From assembly GCF_009914755.1 (NCBI RefSeq), contig NC_060925.1: a stretch of 64,000 nucleotides of DNA; one strand, 5' to 3'. Position numbers and translations under genes: made by a program. Origin of the DNA: the human T2T-CHM13v2.0 reference genome, Homo sapiens. This document shows, in pieces, positions 45,066-59,644 of this stretch (position 1 is the first letter of the stretch; every line of letters starts with the position of its first letter). Below the pieces are notes generated by a model. That model did not search any database and had not been told where the DNA came from. It worked only from the letters and a program-made list of their open reading frames with translations.

Positions 45066-47379
45066 AGTGAACGGGACAGCTGGAAAATACCCCCAAATAT
45101 CCACCTGACATTTTCAGTGTCTCTGCTGGGCCGGGAGTAGATCTGGCCATGCCCCACTGAATCCTTCCTCCCTCCCACTCCTAAATATACAAGGCAGCTC
45201 TCTGGCTTGGAAAGCTAGAGGGCTCCCTGTTCTGCGAGCAGCTATCCTGGTACCTTCCTGATGGGAAGATGGGCACCTGGCTGCCCACTTGTGAGCATCT
45301 AGACCCCGACTGCCAACCCACCTTCTGCGGACCCAGAGGGCTGAGATCTACACAACAAGGCCGTTCATCACCAAATGGAGAGAGAGGCAGGTTAGCGAAA
45401 GGGAGAGCAAGACCCCAGATATTTGCCTCTGCTCTTCATCTGGTAAATCACACAAAGAATTGCAGAAAGTGGCAGCCTCATCCCTGAGTTTCCCTCAGCC
45501 AAACTGGGGCATAGGTCTTCTTACATCGTCTTGTTTTTCTCCGGGAAGAATCAGCCTTGAGTGTCAGACTTGAATTACCTTATTCCCAGGGGACACTTCC
45601 TGTGGCCATTTCTAGTGGCAAGTGGCTGAGGTTGTACCCCTAAATAAAAGTAGGGTTTTAAACTGGGTCACAAACTCACATGCCCCCCGGGGTCAGGAAG
45701 GAGGCACAAATGAGGGAGGCAGCCAGTGGGAGGCTCCAGGGCAGGGAGAGGACTGCGGCAAAGGAGAACAGCATGTCCTGCACACAGGAGTGGCCTCTCT
45801 TACCTGAGGGAGTGGAGTCCTTGGCACTGTAGTATTCCTTTTGAAGTCAAGAATCCAGACTTTTTAAGATGTTGGCAAATAATTCAGTGGGATTTTTGTT
45901 TGTTTATTTTTAAAGACACAGCATTGCACTGGTTTAAAATACAACATCTTGTGGGATGAATCTCCCCTCTCTGTAGAGGTGAGGAGGGCAAGGCTGAGAA
46001 GCTCAGTGGGGCTGGGACAAGAGCTGCACCTGCCGGCACCCAGCCTGGCCCTCTGCCTGCCTCCCCATGCCGCATCACGGACAAAGCAGTAGGGCTGGGA
46101 ACCAGCTCAGCAGATTCCACTGCGACAAAAGACCCCGTACTGGCTCCAAGGGACACAGCCCCGTGCCAGTGTTGCCCACCCACGTTAGCTCTCCCACAGG
46201 AAGGCATCGCAGCAGCAGTCAGGACTTTGTGGCTGCCTTTTGGGTACCAGGCACAAAGCTTCTTGTGTCGTTGTCTCACGCAAGTCTTTACAATACAACA
46301 CACACACCTTGTGGTTTCTGCTCTCCCCGTTTTACAGATGAGGAAACCAAGACCTGGAGAGGCTCGAGTCACATGACGGGGTGGGAGCTGAATGTGAATG
46401 TGACTCCTGAGCTGCAGCTTCTAACCATCGAGTGATGCACACTCTGAGGCCCACAGTGACATGTGCATGGCACCCTTGGCCTGATGCCAGTGACCTTGCC
46501 CTCCACCTGTGGGATGCAGCCTGGTTTCGACCCTCTACTAGGGCATCACGTGCAGCAAAGAACACTGAGTGGGGAGTTGGTGGGGGGCCTCAGGAGCACA
46601 GGCAGCCCCACCTACGGAGGGACCGCACTGCTCACAAGGTTGCTGACTAATTCTCTTTGCAAACGGTTCAGTTTCACATGCTTGAGTTTCCAGTAACTAT
46701 GTGGGTGGATTTGTTTCATTTAAGGGGAAAACAAAACAAAACAAAACAAAACATGGAGTTTTCTTTCCCAAGAAGAGGGCTCGCCAGTTACGGGTTTCAC
46801 GCGTGCGGCTCCGGGCATCCTGGTGCAGTTCTGCAGCCAGCGGGGCCTCTTGGCAGACGGGTTCAGAGGTGGAAATTGCTTAGTCATTTGCAAACTGGGA
46901 CCAGGTGCCCAAGGTCAGGGAGGTGGTGGGTCCGCAGCGGCACAGTGGTCTCCGGGTCCTGCTGAGGGCACCACGGTGGTCCTGTGTTCTTCCTGACTCA
47001 GCCTTGCCCTGGGCTGGCAGGGGGTGGGGACCTGGGTGAAGAGGAAGGTGCCAGGTCAGACAGCCGGCCTCCCTGACCCTGGGGCTCCGGCACCCCCAGG
47101 AGACCTGGCCTGGGAAGGAGACCCTCCCTGTGGGTGAGTCACCTGCTTTGGGTGAGTTGGAGATGGGGGCGTCCCTTGGCATGCTAGACTGTGCTAGGGC
47201 AGAGGTGAGAGACAGCCCCTGGGGCACAAGGGAGGGGCATGTGTGCACGTGTATTTATGTGTGTGCATATGTGCTTGTGTGTGTGTCCCCACACGGGCTC
47301 AACCAGGTGATACTGGTACTCAGCAAGCAGAGCAGACTTTGATGGGCACGTAGGGCAGGGTCCTAGGGGGCTGCTGCTG

Positions 47380-47950
47380 GGCCAGGCATCACGCCTTGAG
47401 GTGCTGGATGGCGAGGAGGGGGGGGCTGATCGAAGCGGGTTCAGGGGCTGCCATTTACGAAAGGCTGGGAGCGTTTTGCTACCTTAGAGCCCACCCGTTC
47501 CCGCCATCTTGGGGCACAGGCGCAGGTGGTCAGCCGTGACTCCCGGATTCCTGTGGCGCGGCACGGGCCTTCGTCAGGACCACGGCTGCTTCTCCAGGGG
47601 AGACCGCCCCGGAAGCGGCATTGGGTCTGGGTCTGGGGGCCGCAGCAGCTTCGAGCCCAGCTTGGGAGGTGGCTGGCTTTCCACCTCGGTTCTCCCTGCT
47701 CCTATGACCTGGCCGGACCTTGTGACCTCTCTGAGCCTCAGTTTCCATCTGTGAAATGCGGGTATAAGAGTGCCCCCGGGTAGAGGGAGCTGCCTGGTGC
47801 TCTCCTTCTGATCGCAGAGATCCCAGGCCCCGTAGCAGGGCCAGGCCTCACCTTGGATGCACCTTCCTGCTTCCAAGTGGAAACACACGGTGGAATTTAG
47901 AATCCTTAACCTGGCCTGTGAGGGTTTGCTTCCGGTGCTCTCGCGAAGGA
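47380..47950. promoter_or_regulatory. CpG-enriched intronic element (candidate enhancer or alternative promoter)
   Basis: Local CpG excess; CCGCCATCTT (YY1) at 47501-47510, TTCCCGC (E2F-like), CCGGAAG (ETS) at 47609. Confidence 0.4.
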
Positions 47951-48344
47951 AAGAGAGAACTCACAAATAATATATTATACTAGGCAGAGGGTGAGAAAGG
48001 TGCTTAGAGGCCAGCAAGGTTCTGGCCTTGGGGATCAGGGTTTACTCTCAGCAGGTGAATCTGGGAAGGCTTCCTGGAGGAGGTGATGCTGAAACTGGGC
48101 CTTGGGATGTGTAAGCACTGGAGAGGGAGGAGGAAGGGAAGAAGGGAATAAATGTCACTGGCGGAAGGTGGCATGTGTGTGCAAAACCACTGGGAGCTTT
48201 GATGATACCCGGTATATAGTAAGTGCTTGATAAAAGTCATCACCGAAATCAATCTGACTCCAGGATTTGGTTTAGGTATCTGGGAGAAGGGGTGTGGGGG
48301 CGTGTGGTAGAGATTTTCAGACCACCAGGTGAGAACAGACAGGT

Positions 48345-48643
48345 TTTTTGTCGTTTGTTTTTGAGACAGAGTCTTGCTTTGTCACCCAGGCTGGGGACAA
48401 AGCTCACTGCGGCTTCTGCCTCCCAGGCTCGGGGATCCTCACACCTCAGCCTCTTGAGTAGCTGGGACCTCAGGTATGCACTACCACGCCCAGATATATA
48501 TATATTTTTGTATTTTGTATTTTTTGTAGAGTTGGGGTTTCACCCTATTGCCAGGCTGGTCTCAAACTCCTGAGCTGAAGCAGTCCACCCTCCTTGGCCT
48601 CCCAGAGTGTTGGGATTACAGGCGTGAGTCACCGTGCCTGGCC
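48345..48643 (-). mobile_element. AluJ-type SINE
   Basis: Antisense dimer. Confidence 0.9.
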
Positions 48644-49662
48644 AGAAAAGACAGTTTCAGAGCCTTATGTAGGTGATTTCCGGTGGCGAGGGAACCAATT
48701 TTTTTTTTTTTTTTTTTGAGACCCTGCAGATTGGCGGGTCGCTTTGGTGGGAGTTTCTTGCTTCCTTGGCACACCATTCGCTCCGCGAGTTTGTTAAGGG
48801 CCCCTGTGTGCCAGGCTCGGCCCGAGCATCTGTGGAACCAGAGGAAGCTGGGTGGACAGTCGCAGGTTTGGTGACGTGCCAGGTGGGGAGAGGAAGCAGC
48901 TGCGCTCATTCCCCTTTCCGGGCAGGTTGGGGAAACGCAGCGATTGTTCTGGGAAGCTGCAGCTTAGGGAGAGATGACGTTCCCTGTGGCCCAGTGAGGG
49001 TGGGGCCCTGGGGTCTGGGCTGACAGCAGGCAGTGGGGGAAGGTGGGTGTGGGCACCCGGAGGCCCATGATGCCCCCAGATCCTCCACCACGAATGCAGC
49101 CGGCAGCAGAACAGTGACGGGTCCTCCGCCCGCTTGGGTCTCTGCCCACCCACGCCTCCCTTGCTGGTTGTTCTCTCCGGCCTCTGCCTCCTTGCTTTCT
49201 TGGCTGACAGTGTAGGACCCTGCCTGAGGCACAGCATTTCCAGGCTGCCTTGCGGACAGACAGGGAATGGGGACAGCGTCCTCTCCTATCGCCCACGAAG
49301 CCCCCCTGCCATGTTCCTCTTTGTCCCCAAGACCACCCTCCTTCCTCCACTCCCAGGTTTCCAGCATCCAAGGAAGACCTTGAGTTTGGAATCTGGCTTC
49401 CAACCTGGATCCTGGACAAGTTACTCAGCCTCTTTGAGCCTTGGTTTCCACATCTGTAAGAATGGGTGTGAGACTTACCTTGCGGAATCGTGCAGGATTG
49501 ACCAAAGCCAGACGGTGTGGCTGGTGCCTCGGAGGCAGCTGTTTCCACCATTCAGAGGGTTGTTCTTCTGTCCATTCAGCAATTCGGGCAGCTCACTCAG
49601 ATCAGGGCCTCTGTCAGGCTCTGGATGTACAGCAGGACAGGGTCCCTGTCTCCAAGGACTCA

Positions 49663-50447
<785 letters not shown>

Positions 50448-53099
50448 TCAGGCCCTCTGGCCTGCGCATGCTGTGTCTCACGGTGGCTGATGTTCCGTAC
50501 CGGGCTGATATTCCGTTCCGGCTGGTGCAGAGGATGCTGCGGGAGGCCAAGCCTGCTCGTCTGGCCCGGCCAGATCTGCAGTGCAGAGCAGCCCCCAAAG
50601 GTCCGCTGTAGTGAAGGGAGGGTACTACAGGGAAGTCGGCCTGGGGTGGCGGGGTGACTGGTTCCATGAGCCTTTGAGTGAGCCCTCACATCCACACCCG
50701 CTGTTTCTGTGGCCACTGGAGCTGCTGGCCCAGCCAGTCGCCACCTGGCTGCAGGTGGGAAGCAGCCTCCCCGCCTATCTAGCCCCAGACCTCCTGGGAG
50801 GACCATAGCCGGCCCCTGAGCTGGCCACCTGCAGGCCTGGTCCCTGGGGTCAGAGGCAGGACCCTCGACTTCTCAGGGGTGGAGGGGAGTCTGTGCTTCG
50901 AGCCCCCTGGGCCAGGTGACTCTTGCTGTGTGTGCAGCTAGACTCACCTGCTCAGGGCAGGCCGCCAGAGACCCCAGGTGTCCAGGCGTCTGCTTCTCAC
51001 CGGCCCCACCCCCCACTATAGTTTCTCTTTGCCTTCCTCCTAAATTTGCATGGCAGAAACTTCCTTCTACAGATATTTGCGGAGCACCCACTGTGTGCCA
51101 AGCATTGTTCTAGGCAGGGGGTTGCAGCTCGACCAAGACAGACTGCAGGGCGGTCATCAGCCATTATTGCCTCTTGGGCCGGGACTGTCCTCTGTGTCTG
51201 TGTCGCCTCCTCCATCCCAGCCAGATGGCTGAAAGCTCCCGGGGACTTTGCCTCCTTTCACCTTTCCTCCCCCTGCCCTGCCCCACGTGTGTGCAGATAT
51301 GGGGTGGCCCCATCTCCGCCATTTGATTGGGAGGCCTCTCGAGGGCTGGGAGAAGCCGTTTCCCTTGGCGTTCCATAGCACGCTGCTACTGAGATGTTTT
51401 GTGTATAGTGGCCTCGCTCCGTGCATCTAAGTTGTTCCTTGATACACAGAGGAAGCACGCAGCCCTCTCTTCCATTTTGCAAGTATTTGGAGCAATGGAG
51501 CAGGAGAAACTGACTTGCCCCAAATCTCTGATCATTTTCGAGACATTGCCCTACCCTGGTGACTTAGGGTCGTGACTGCACCCCGGGCTCGCCTCTCTCG
51601 GCTCTGGCTGGCCACGACCTTCCTTTTGAAGGTGCCTGGAGGGTGACTCCGTGTTTCTTGTTTCCTCGTGGGGGATTTTAAATTTATGTCACTGGTGGTT
51701 TGGAAGCTACAACGTCCTGCGCCGGGTTTAGCAGGATGGAGTTAGAGTGAGCTCTGGCCACGAAAGGCTGGCCTGATGGGGAGGGGCCAAACCCCTCCCC
51801 CTGCCAGGCTCCAGTGGAAGGTCCCCCTCCCCTGCTTAAAATCTCCTTCCCGAGTCCCTGGCTGCCACTCTCCAGGCCAAGGCAGTGGGAGTTGCTGTGC
51901 GGGGGATTCTGGCTGGAAAAGGCAGCCGTGTAATTACAGGTACTGGAAATAGTCCTGTTTCCCTTTCAGCCTTTTCCTTCTACCCCTCCCCCGAAAAGAA
52001 AACAACAACCAAAAAATCCCCCCAAAACACAAAGCTGGAAAAAGCTCTTAAACCTTCTTAGTTTAGTCTGCAGAGGCGTCTCAGGCGGTGGGCCTTAAAC
52101 ATTTACATTCTTGGGGCTTAGCTGACTCCTTCGAGCGTCGAGTTTCTGGGTTGATGGCACATCCAGGGTGAAGGAAGAACTCCTTACAGAGAAAGCCCGT
52201 GTGTGTGGTGGAGCTCTAGACAGCCCGATGGCAGGGGGTGGGCTCCGAGCTCCAGGGCCCATTCTTGGGAGAGAGCGGATCCTGTGTGATTTTACGAAAC
52301 TTGTCCTGACCCGTTATTTGTCACCTTGGTGCCCGATAGAGAAGTGTCTCAGCAGTTCTGTTCTTCAGACCTTTACCGAACACTTACTGCGTGCCAAGGA
52401 TTCAGCTCAGAACGGGGAAGAGGGTGTTTGAGAGACTGATGAGTCAGTGAGGGAGACCGATGCATAGGCAGCTCGCTAATGCTGTGTTTCATCACATCTG
52501 AGACCCGTCGACCGTGAGCTTCACCTTTAAATAAAAAAAAAAAAGCTGCTGATTGTCACTGTAATGTGCCCTTGACTCCAGGACCAGCCTGATGGCAGAG
52601 ATCTTAAGATGTGAATCACATGACTCTGAGTCGGTGGAGGAGGAGGACTCTGAGAGGCTGGGAGACTGGCCAGGGGCACCGCAGAGACCACGGGAGAGGC
52701 TCTTCAGTGGCAGAAGTATCTTGGGTGGTGTTTTATGGGCAGAGTGGGGTGGGGAATATGACAGCAGCAAGATTAATACCCGTAGGTGCCATTGACGAGT
52801 GATCCTGCTCTGGGCTCTCCAGTCACCTCTAACCCTGTGGGGGACAACCACAATGTCTGTTTTATAGATGGGCCCAACCATCCCCAGGTGATGTGTACCT
52901 GGGAATCACACTGGGCAGGTGATGTAAATATGTGCACTCCCCGAGCACCCATCCTGCAAGGGGCTTGAATGGCTCTTTATTAACGACCCACATTCCCAGG
53001 ACTTAGCTCCTGGTGGTCGAGGCTGGCTCCGTCTTTGCCTTGGACTCACCTCTGTGGCTTCTCTTTAATCAGCACTTAAAAATGCATCAGGCTGAGTAG

Positions 53100-53270
53100 A
53101 GTACCAGCATCGTCTCCTCTAATCCCCACATCATCCCAGTGAGACAGGGCTATTAGCCTCGGTTTGCAGGTGGGGAAACTGAGGTTCGGAAAGTCTCTCA
53201 GGTTATAGCCGGTAAGGGCAGAGCTGGGATTAGAACGCAGGGTTGTCAGCTCCAAAGTCCGTGCCTCGCT
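53100..53270 (-). mobile_element. MIR SINE
   Basis: TTTGCAGGTGGGGAAACTGAGGTTCGG...GGCAGAGCTGGGATTAGAAC. Confidence 0.7.
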
Positions 53271-56200
53271 CTCATTTTTGCACATTTTCAGCAGATTCTC
53301 TTTTGTTATTCCTGTCCCAAAAGGCGCCTGCTCACCTGCACGATCTGTCACCTACTGGGCCCTTGGCCAGAGGCATTTAAAGCCCTAATCTGATGGTTAA
53401 TTGAGGAGGGATGGCAATCATGATGAGGGCTCAGGGTTCGTAGCTGATGAGTTTTCTTTCAAGCCCCTGAGAAGTGGCATCGTTGCGGACAGAGGTGGGA
53501 GGTGGTGTGGGGAGAATCTTGGGCCAGATTCTGGGGAGGCCAGGACCACCTGCAGGTTCCACTGTGGCTGGAATATTCTGGAGGCTGAGGAGAGCCAGCA
53601 CACAAGGTGGCAGGTGTCAGAGAGGGATGTTGACTTGGAGCTTGGGTCTTGTTCTGGCCGGTCTGATGGTCAGCGGGGGCAGGCAGCCCTGACGTGTAGG
53701 GAAGCGCTGCGTTAGGTCACCAGGCACCTCCAGCCCGCACCCACCCCACCCGCCCGGACGCTCTTCTCAGCCCCTTTTTTTGTTGTCTGGCTGCGTCAGA
53801 CGTCTGGGCTTGCAAGGAGGTTCCTGAATGGGCCTTGGAAATAGGTCACTCCCTTCCCGTGCCGCCAGCACTGACCCAGATGTGACCTTCCCCACGGTGA
53901 CAGTGTCTGGCTGTCACTCTTTGATGCTGGTGGTGGACGGGCCAGGCGGCCGCCCCTCCCCAGCTCCGGCCTTCGAGGACTTTGCGGCCTCTGCAGCCAC
54001 CTGCCGGACATTCCTTCCTGCTGCCATGTTGGAGGGGGGTATCCATGGGGCCTCTGTCCCGGCACTCAGCCTTTTCGCTCTCACGAAGTGCCCTGGCTGG
54101 GCTGGCGGCTTTGAGCGTCTGGATGAAACATTCTAGTTCCCGCCGAGCCGAGGGGGGCTGTGGCTCCACTGGGCCCCTCTCTGGCCCCAGCCCCTTGGCG
54201 GGGCGCTCAGCAGTGGATGTGCCCTCCATGGAGTCACTGGGGACTTTCCATGTCTCCCCCTGGCTGGCTGTGGAGCCTCCCTCGCGGCCCGTTGGCAGAG
54301 ATCTCAGGGGATGTCAGAGGGTGCTCAGCCTGGCACTGGGTACCAAGGCTGACCTTGAAGGTCAGAAGTCAGTGGTGGACTGTGCTGCCCTCATGGGGGT
54401 CTGGAGCCCTGTCCACAAGCAGGGGCTTCATTGGAGCTCAATGTTTAGCCTTCGTGGAATCCAGATGTAAACAAAGCGGAGAAGGGAGAATGGCAGACGC
54501 GCCTCCCTGCATGGAGATGGTCTTGCACACATGGCTGCCCGCGCGTCTCCAGGCACCGAGAGCCCATGTTGGGCAGATTCTGGGGATTCAGCCTTTGGAG
54601 GTCCTCAAGGTGGCTGGTCCTACAGGCCTCAGTGAGACAGTGCTATGTCATTTTGCTGCTAGTTTCCAGGGTCATGAGGAATACATTTCTTCTGCTGTTG
54701 CCCACGGACGGCAGGGGCTGTGCCATGTGGGACCTTGGAACCCGAGCCTTCTCCCATCCCTTCCTCTTATATCTGCCCTCTCTGTGGCCCATGGGAAATT
54801 CAGGGGGTCTTTTCCTGCAGGAAGGAGAGCCAGGGTGCAGACCCGGAGGAGGTGGGCCACTTGCAAGTGACTACCCACAGCTGTCCTTGATGGCCCAAAC
54901 TCGGGCCGCAGAACCCCTCCTCAGGCCAGCCTGGTTGCTCTGAGCCTGGTTGCTCTGTCATGGCCCCACCTTTTTTCCTAGGTTTTTCAGTCCATATCTT
55001 TTTTTGTGTGCCAAAGTGGGGAACCATATTTCTGGTAGATAATCACTGGTTTTTCTCATCCGGCAAGTGGACACCTCTGACGCAGCTGGAATGGGCCTAG
55101 GTGGGAGGGACTTTGTCTTTACTACCACGTGGAGCCGGCACATAGTGGGACTCACAGCTCTTCATGGCATCGATGAATCGTGTCCCGATTAGCTGTTGGT
55201 GGTGTGCCATCTGCGGCTCTGCTCTGGTGAGTTCTGCTGCGATCCTGTGGCTCAGCACGTGGTAGGTCCTCAGTGAGGCTGTGATGAGCGTGGGGGCGTC
55301 TGGTGCCTGGGTGCACATCCCTGGCTGTCCTCCATGGTGTCTCTCTGTGCCCAGCCTCTGGAGGGTCGGCTCGGAGGGCTGGGCCCGGGACTCGGTGTGT
55401 CCGATGAGGAAACCAGCTTGGGTGGGGAGGGGGAGTCAAGACAAAAGCCTGGTTGTGCCCTGGGAGAAAACCCAAACCTGGGTTTCCCTGAGGCTGAAAC
55501 TGCCAGTGGCCAGCCTGTCTTGTTCCTATAAAGGGCACTTTGTGTGTGGCTCCTGGCAGGAGGCAGCGGCCAGCCAGCATCTCCCGGAGCCCAGAATCTC
55601 TCTGGGAATGAGCACAGCCACCTCCGAGCCACAGCTCACTCTGACAAAAACGCTTGTGGCCCTGGACTTCTTAGAGCCAACACTGGGCCAGACAGTCGTG
55701 TTTGCGACAAGTCTGTTCGCCTGGCCGTGGAGCCAGCACGGTCTTGTCGGATCCAGACCAGACAAATGCTTTCTTGGAAAAGCGAGTGGGGTGGGGGAGC
55801 AGGGACACCCGGCCTGGCGGGCTGGTGGATCGGAGGCGCCTGTGAGCGGGTCTGTACTGGGTAGGCAGCCCCATTGGGAGCCACAGCCACTCACTGGCTG
55901 CTGCCTCCTGAATGGGCAGCCGGTGTGGATGCAGTGGCTGCACTCGCTGGAAGCTGGGACTCCAGAGCTCAGCACGTGGAGTTGGATGAAGCTTCCTGTG
56001 CTCTCACTGTAGACTGGGCTTCCCCCAGCCGGGGCGCTGGGCATCCAAGAAGACCTGTACTCCGCCCTCCGGCCTGAGCCAATGCCTCCCACCACTACCA
56101 CCCCCCCTCCCCGCCTCCACCGGTGCAGATGGAGAGCTGTCCCCACTCCTTGGGTCCTCACCAGCCCTGCACACTAGGGACAGTCTGGGCTGTGTGGGAT

Positions 56201-56439
56201 TGAGCTCTTGCCACCTTTGGGGAGTGAGTTCTCAATGAATGAGGGGCCTGGAAGGCAGACCTGGGGCAGGAGAGCTTTGGATCCAGTGGGGAAGGTTCCA
56301 TAGCAGGTCTGGGACAGAGAGATGGATGCCTGCCCACCTCTTCAGGAAGGTGGTGTGGGCGACCCTAGGCCCTGCTTCTATGGGAGCGGCATTTCTGCAG
56401 AGCATGGTGGTGTGAGCAGGTGGCACCGTGGAACAGACA

Positions 56440-56900
56440 GTCACTCAGCAGGCATGTATTGAGCACTTACTCTGTGCCAGGCACTGTGCCAGCCCCTGAG
56501 GCACAGTGTGAACAAGACTGAGTTCCAGCCCCTGTGTTCTCACAGGGGACGGGTCTTAAGCAGATAACCAAGTGAACGTCATTGTGAAGTTCCATGGGGA
56601 AGCTCAGAGCATGGCACGGGGGCAAAGGACGTTTGCCATTTGGGCAGGATGGCTGAGAAAGGCCTCAGTGACGTGGTGACCTCAGAGCAGAGCACTGAGG
56701 GAAGTCGGGGAACAGCCACCTGGGGCCTCAGGCCCGGTGTGCCCAGAGCCAGGCAGAGGACTTGGGAAGTACAGAGATCCTGAGGCAGGAGCTTGGCAGG
56801 TACCAGGAACAGCCAGAAGACCAGTGGGGCAGGCAGGAGAGAATGGGGGAAGGAGGTGACAGAGTGTCCTGGGTCCTGGCCAGGAGGAGTGTGGGCTCCA
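56440..56900 (-). mobile_element. L2 fragment
   Basis: CATGTATTGAGCACTTACTCTGTGCCAGGCACTGTGC...GTGAACAAGAC... Confidence 0.7.
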
Positions 56901-58568
56901 TGAGGTCAGAGTGACCTGTCCCACTCCACCCCTGCATGTCCCTTAGTTCATCTGTCCCCAGGAGGGTGGCTGGGCTGCCGACACGTGGGGAGGTCGGGTG
57001 GAATGTTCTTGGTGGGGCTGAATTTAGTCTTCCCTGCCTTTCATTGGTTGAGGTTTTGGTGCTCATGAGAAGACTTCTTCAATAACAAAGAACCAGCCCC
57101 TGGGACCCTTTCCAATCTGCGTTTATTCCCAGCACCACCCCAAGGGCTGGGCAGGTTGCTTTTCTGATCCTCAGTCTCCCTGCGCACTGGAGGTAGAGAC
57201 ACCCAGGGGCCACTCAGACTGGGCCCCGTGGAAGCTCTTGGAGTCTCTGAAGGGGCCACAGAAAAGTCAGTGGGTGGTGTCGGAGGAGTCACCTCACACT
57301 GCCTGGGCACAGTGGCCAAAGGCATGACCAGAGGGAACAGGGAGGCAGGAGGTTCACCTCGAGACCACCAGAGTCACTGTCTGCATGTGGCTGAATGTTC
57401 TCCCTGGTGGACTGGTGGGGGAGGGCTTGGTTTGCTCTGAGTGGGACATGGGGTGTGAGTCTGAGAGCCCCAAGAAGCTGGGGGACCAGAGGCCTTGCTG
57501 AGGCTCCTGTGCCCCGTCCCAGAAAGAAGCCACTGAGGCTAAGCCACCCTTGGTCAGCTGCTTCCAGAGAAAAACAGCAGCCTGATCATCAGCCGTCTTC
57601 CCTCCCACTGGCGGAGCAGAAATGGTAAGCCCGCTGCTTCTGAGGGGCCTTCCTCATTCCTGCAGTTTAGTCTGTGTTGGTTTAATCGGAAAGGCTTATT
57701 GCCTCTGAGTCAAAACACAAAAATCCCCGTGGATGCAGCAGGGTGTTTGCTGCCAAGGGAGCAGCTGGCGCCTTTTTTAGGTGGAGGCGGGGACCCTAAC
57801 CCCTTCTTTCCTGCTTGCTGCCCTTTTCCAGACTTCCAGATTGGAGAGGCACCTGGATCCCGAGAACCCCAGCCTCCTTGCACCTGGGGGTCTTGGCTTA
57901 GGGGCAGGTGCTCAGGGCAGGGCACTGGGATGGTTCCTCATTCTTAGATGCATCTGCCGTCGTTTCGTGGGGAAGAGACTAGCACAACCCCCAGTGCCCA
58001 CTTGCAGCGCTTCCGGGGGTCCCAGGATGGCCCTCTAAGCCCACGGCCTCCACAGTGGCCACTCATACGATGATCCCCCTGAGTATGGGCAGAAATTGGT
58101 AGCTATTTTTATCTCATCCAGCTTCATTTCTATTTTTGGGATGTGTGTTTCATAATGTATGTAATCTATTGATACAGAAGCATGTGAGTAGCACGTATGC
58201 ATGGATATGTATGTCTTTGGCAGATACATGCTTAAAAGTCGATCGCCAGGCAAGTGCATAACTAAAACAGGATAGTAGCTGCTGGAAATGAGGTTCTGGG
58301 TTGTAAAGGGAAGGGGGTGTCATCGGGGGTCCAGGAAAGGCTGTGCCATGGGGAATGCACCTTACGAGGCAGAGCAGGCAGACTGGGAGTGTAGGGTTGG
58401 GCACGAGCTGGGCAGACAGCAGGATCTGAGCACTTGTCTGTGCTTGGGGAGCAGCTGGCCACTCCAGTGCACCAGGATGCAAGCACCTGAGCCAGTAGGA
58501 CAGAGTCTTGGGGGAGTGTGGGGGAGAAATTTGACCCCTGTTTCTTCACCATTTCCTAAGGTCTCAAC

Positions 58569-58778
58569 CAAGGGTCAGCAAACTTTAAGAGCCTGATGGT
58601 AATGATTTAGGCTTTGTAGACCATATGGTGTCTGCCGCAACTACTCGACTCTGTAGCGTGAAAGCAGCCACAGACAACATGTAAACTGGTGAGCCTGGCT
58701 GTGTGCCAATCAAGCTTCACTTCCAGAAGTAGATAGTGGGCCATATTTGGCCCCTGGGCATAGTTTGCCCAACTCTGG
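58569..58778. mobile_element. MER58A (hAT-Charlie MITE)
   Basis: CAAGGGTCAGCAAACT...AAAGCAGCCACAGACAA...GGCTGTGTGCCAAT...CATAGTTTGCCCAACTCTG. Confidence 0.8.
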
Positions 58779-59644
58779 TCTAGATTTAAGAGGACGGGCC
58801 CTAACGGGGCCCAGGACCAGCCTCAGTTTCTCACCAAAGTGCAAGCCGCTGACCTTGGATGGTGAATGGAGTGCTGCAATCACACTTATGCTTTGGGAGG
58901 ATTTCGAGGGCCATGGTGTGGACTTTTCAGAGAGTTCGCTTAGCTGGAGCAGGTGATGAACAGCCCCTTACCTCACACAGTAAACATCTCAGCTCTGCCA
59001 CACACCTTTACACCCCCTCCTATAGAGCCAGACGAACGTGGCTGTGTGGAGGATTCAGTACAGGGGCTGAGGGAGGAGGCAAGGCCTGGCCCATCAATGG
59101 AATCTTGAAACAGCTGAGCCCAAAGACATTCGGAGGTCCTCCAAACTGTCATCCCTCATGATGTTGTGCAAAGATGCACTCCAGGAAGAATGTCCCTTTT
59201 CTTCAAGTTTGGGAACTGCTAGAGTTCAGCAGAACCTTGCGTTTCTGTCCTGCGGGACTTCTCAGAGCCTTTAAGATGCTGATGCGTTTGTGACTCTCTA
59301 GGAGGGGATATGATGTTTCCTAACCCAGCTCAGACATGATTTCAAATGCCTTAAGAATCCGTCAAGGCCACTTCGGGGGAAGAGCTGATTTCTTTCAATG
59401 CTTCGTTTTATAAACAGGGACTCTAAGGCCCAGAGAGGTAAACATCTCGTTCGGGGTAACCCAGAGGCTGATGAGTGTGTTGGGGTGAGCACCAACGCCC
59501 CACCCACTGCCTCCCTCTGGCCTGGGAGAGCCATGGAGTTGACACAGGGTCACAGGTGTTGGGTCCTAGGTGGTGCTTCTGGGCACGTGAAGATGGTTTT
59601 GTCCCAGGAATACCCTGCGTCTTTTCACCTGAAGCTCACTCTGC

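Noticed and set aside
53796-56161. ORFs of 211-243 aa
   Set aside because: No recognisable family or exon structure; expected by chance in GC-rich intron. No SPRY or SOCS-box peptide appears anywhere in the window.
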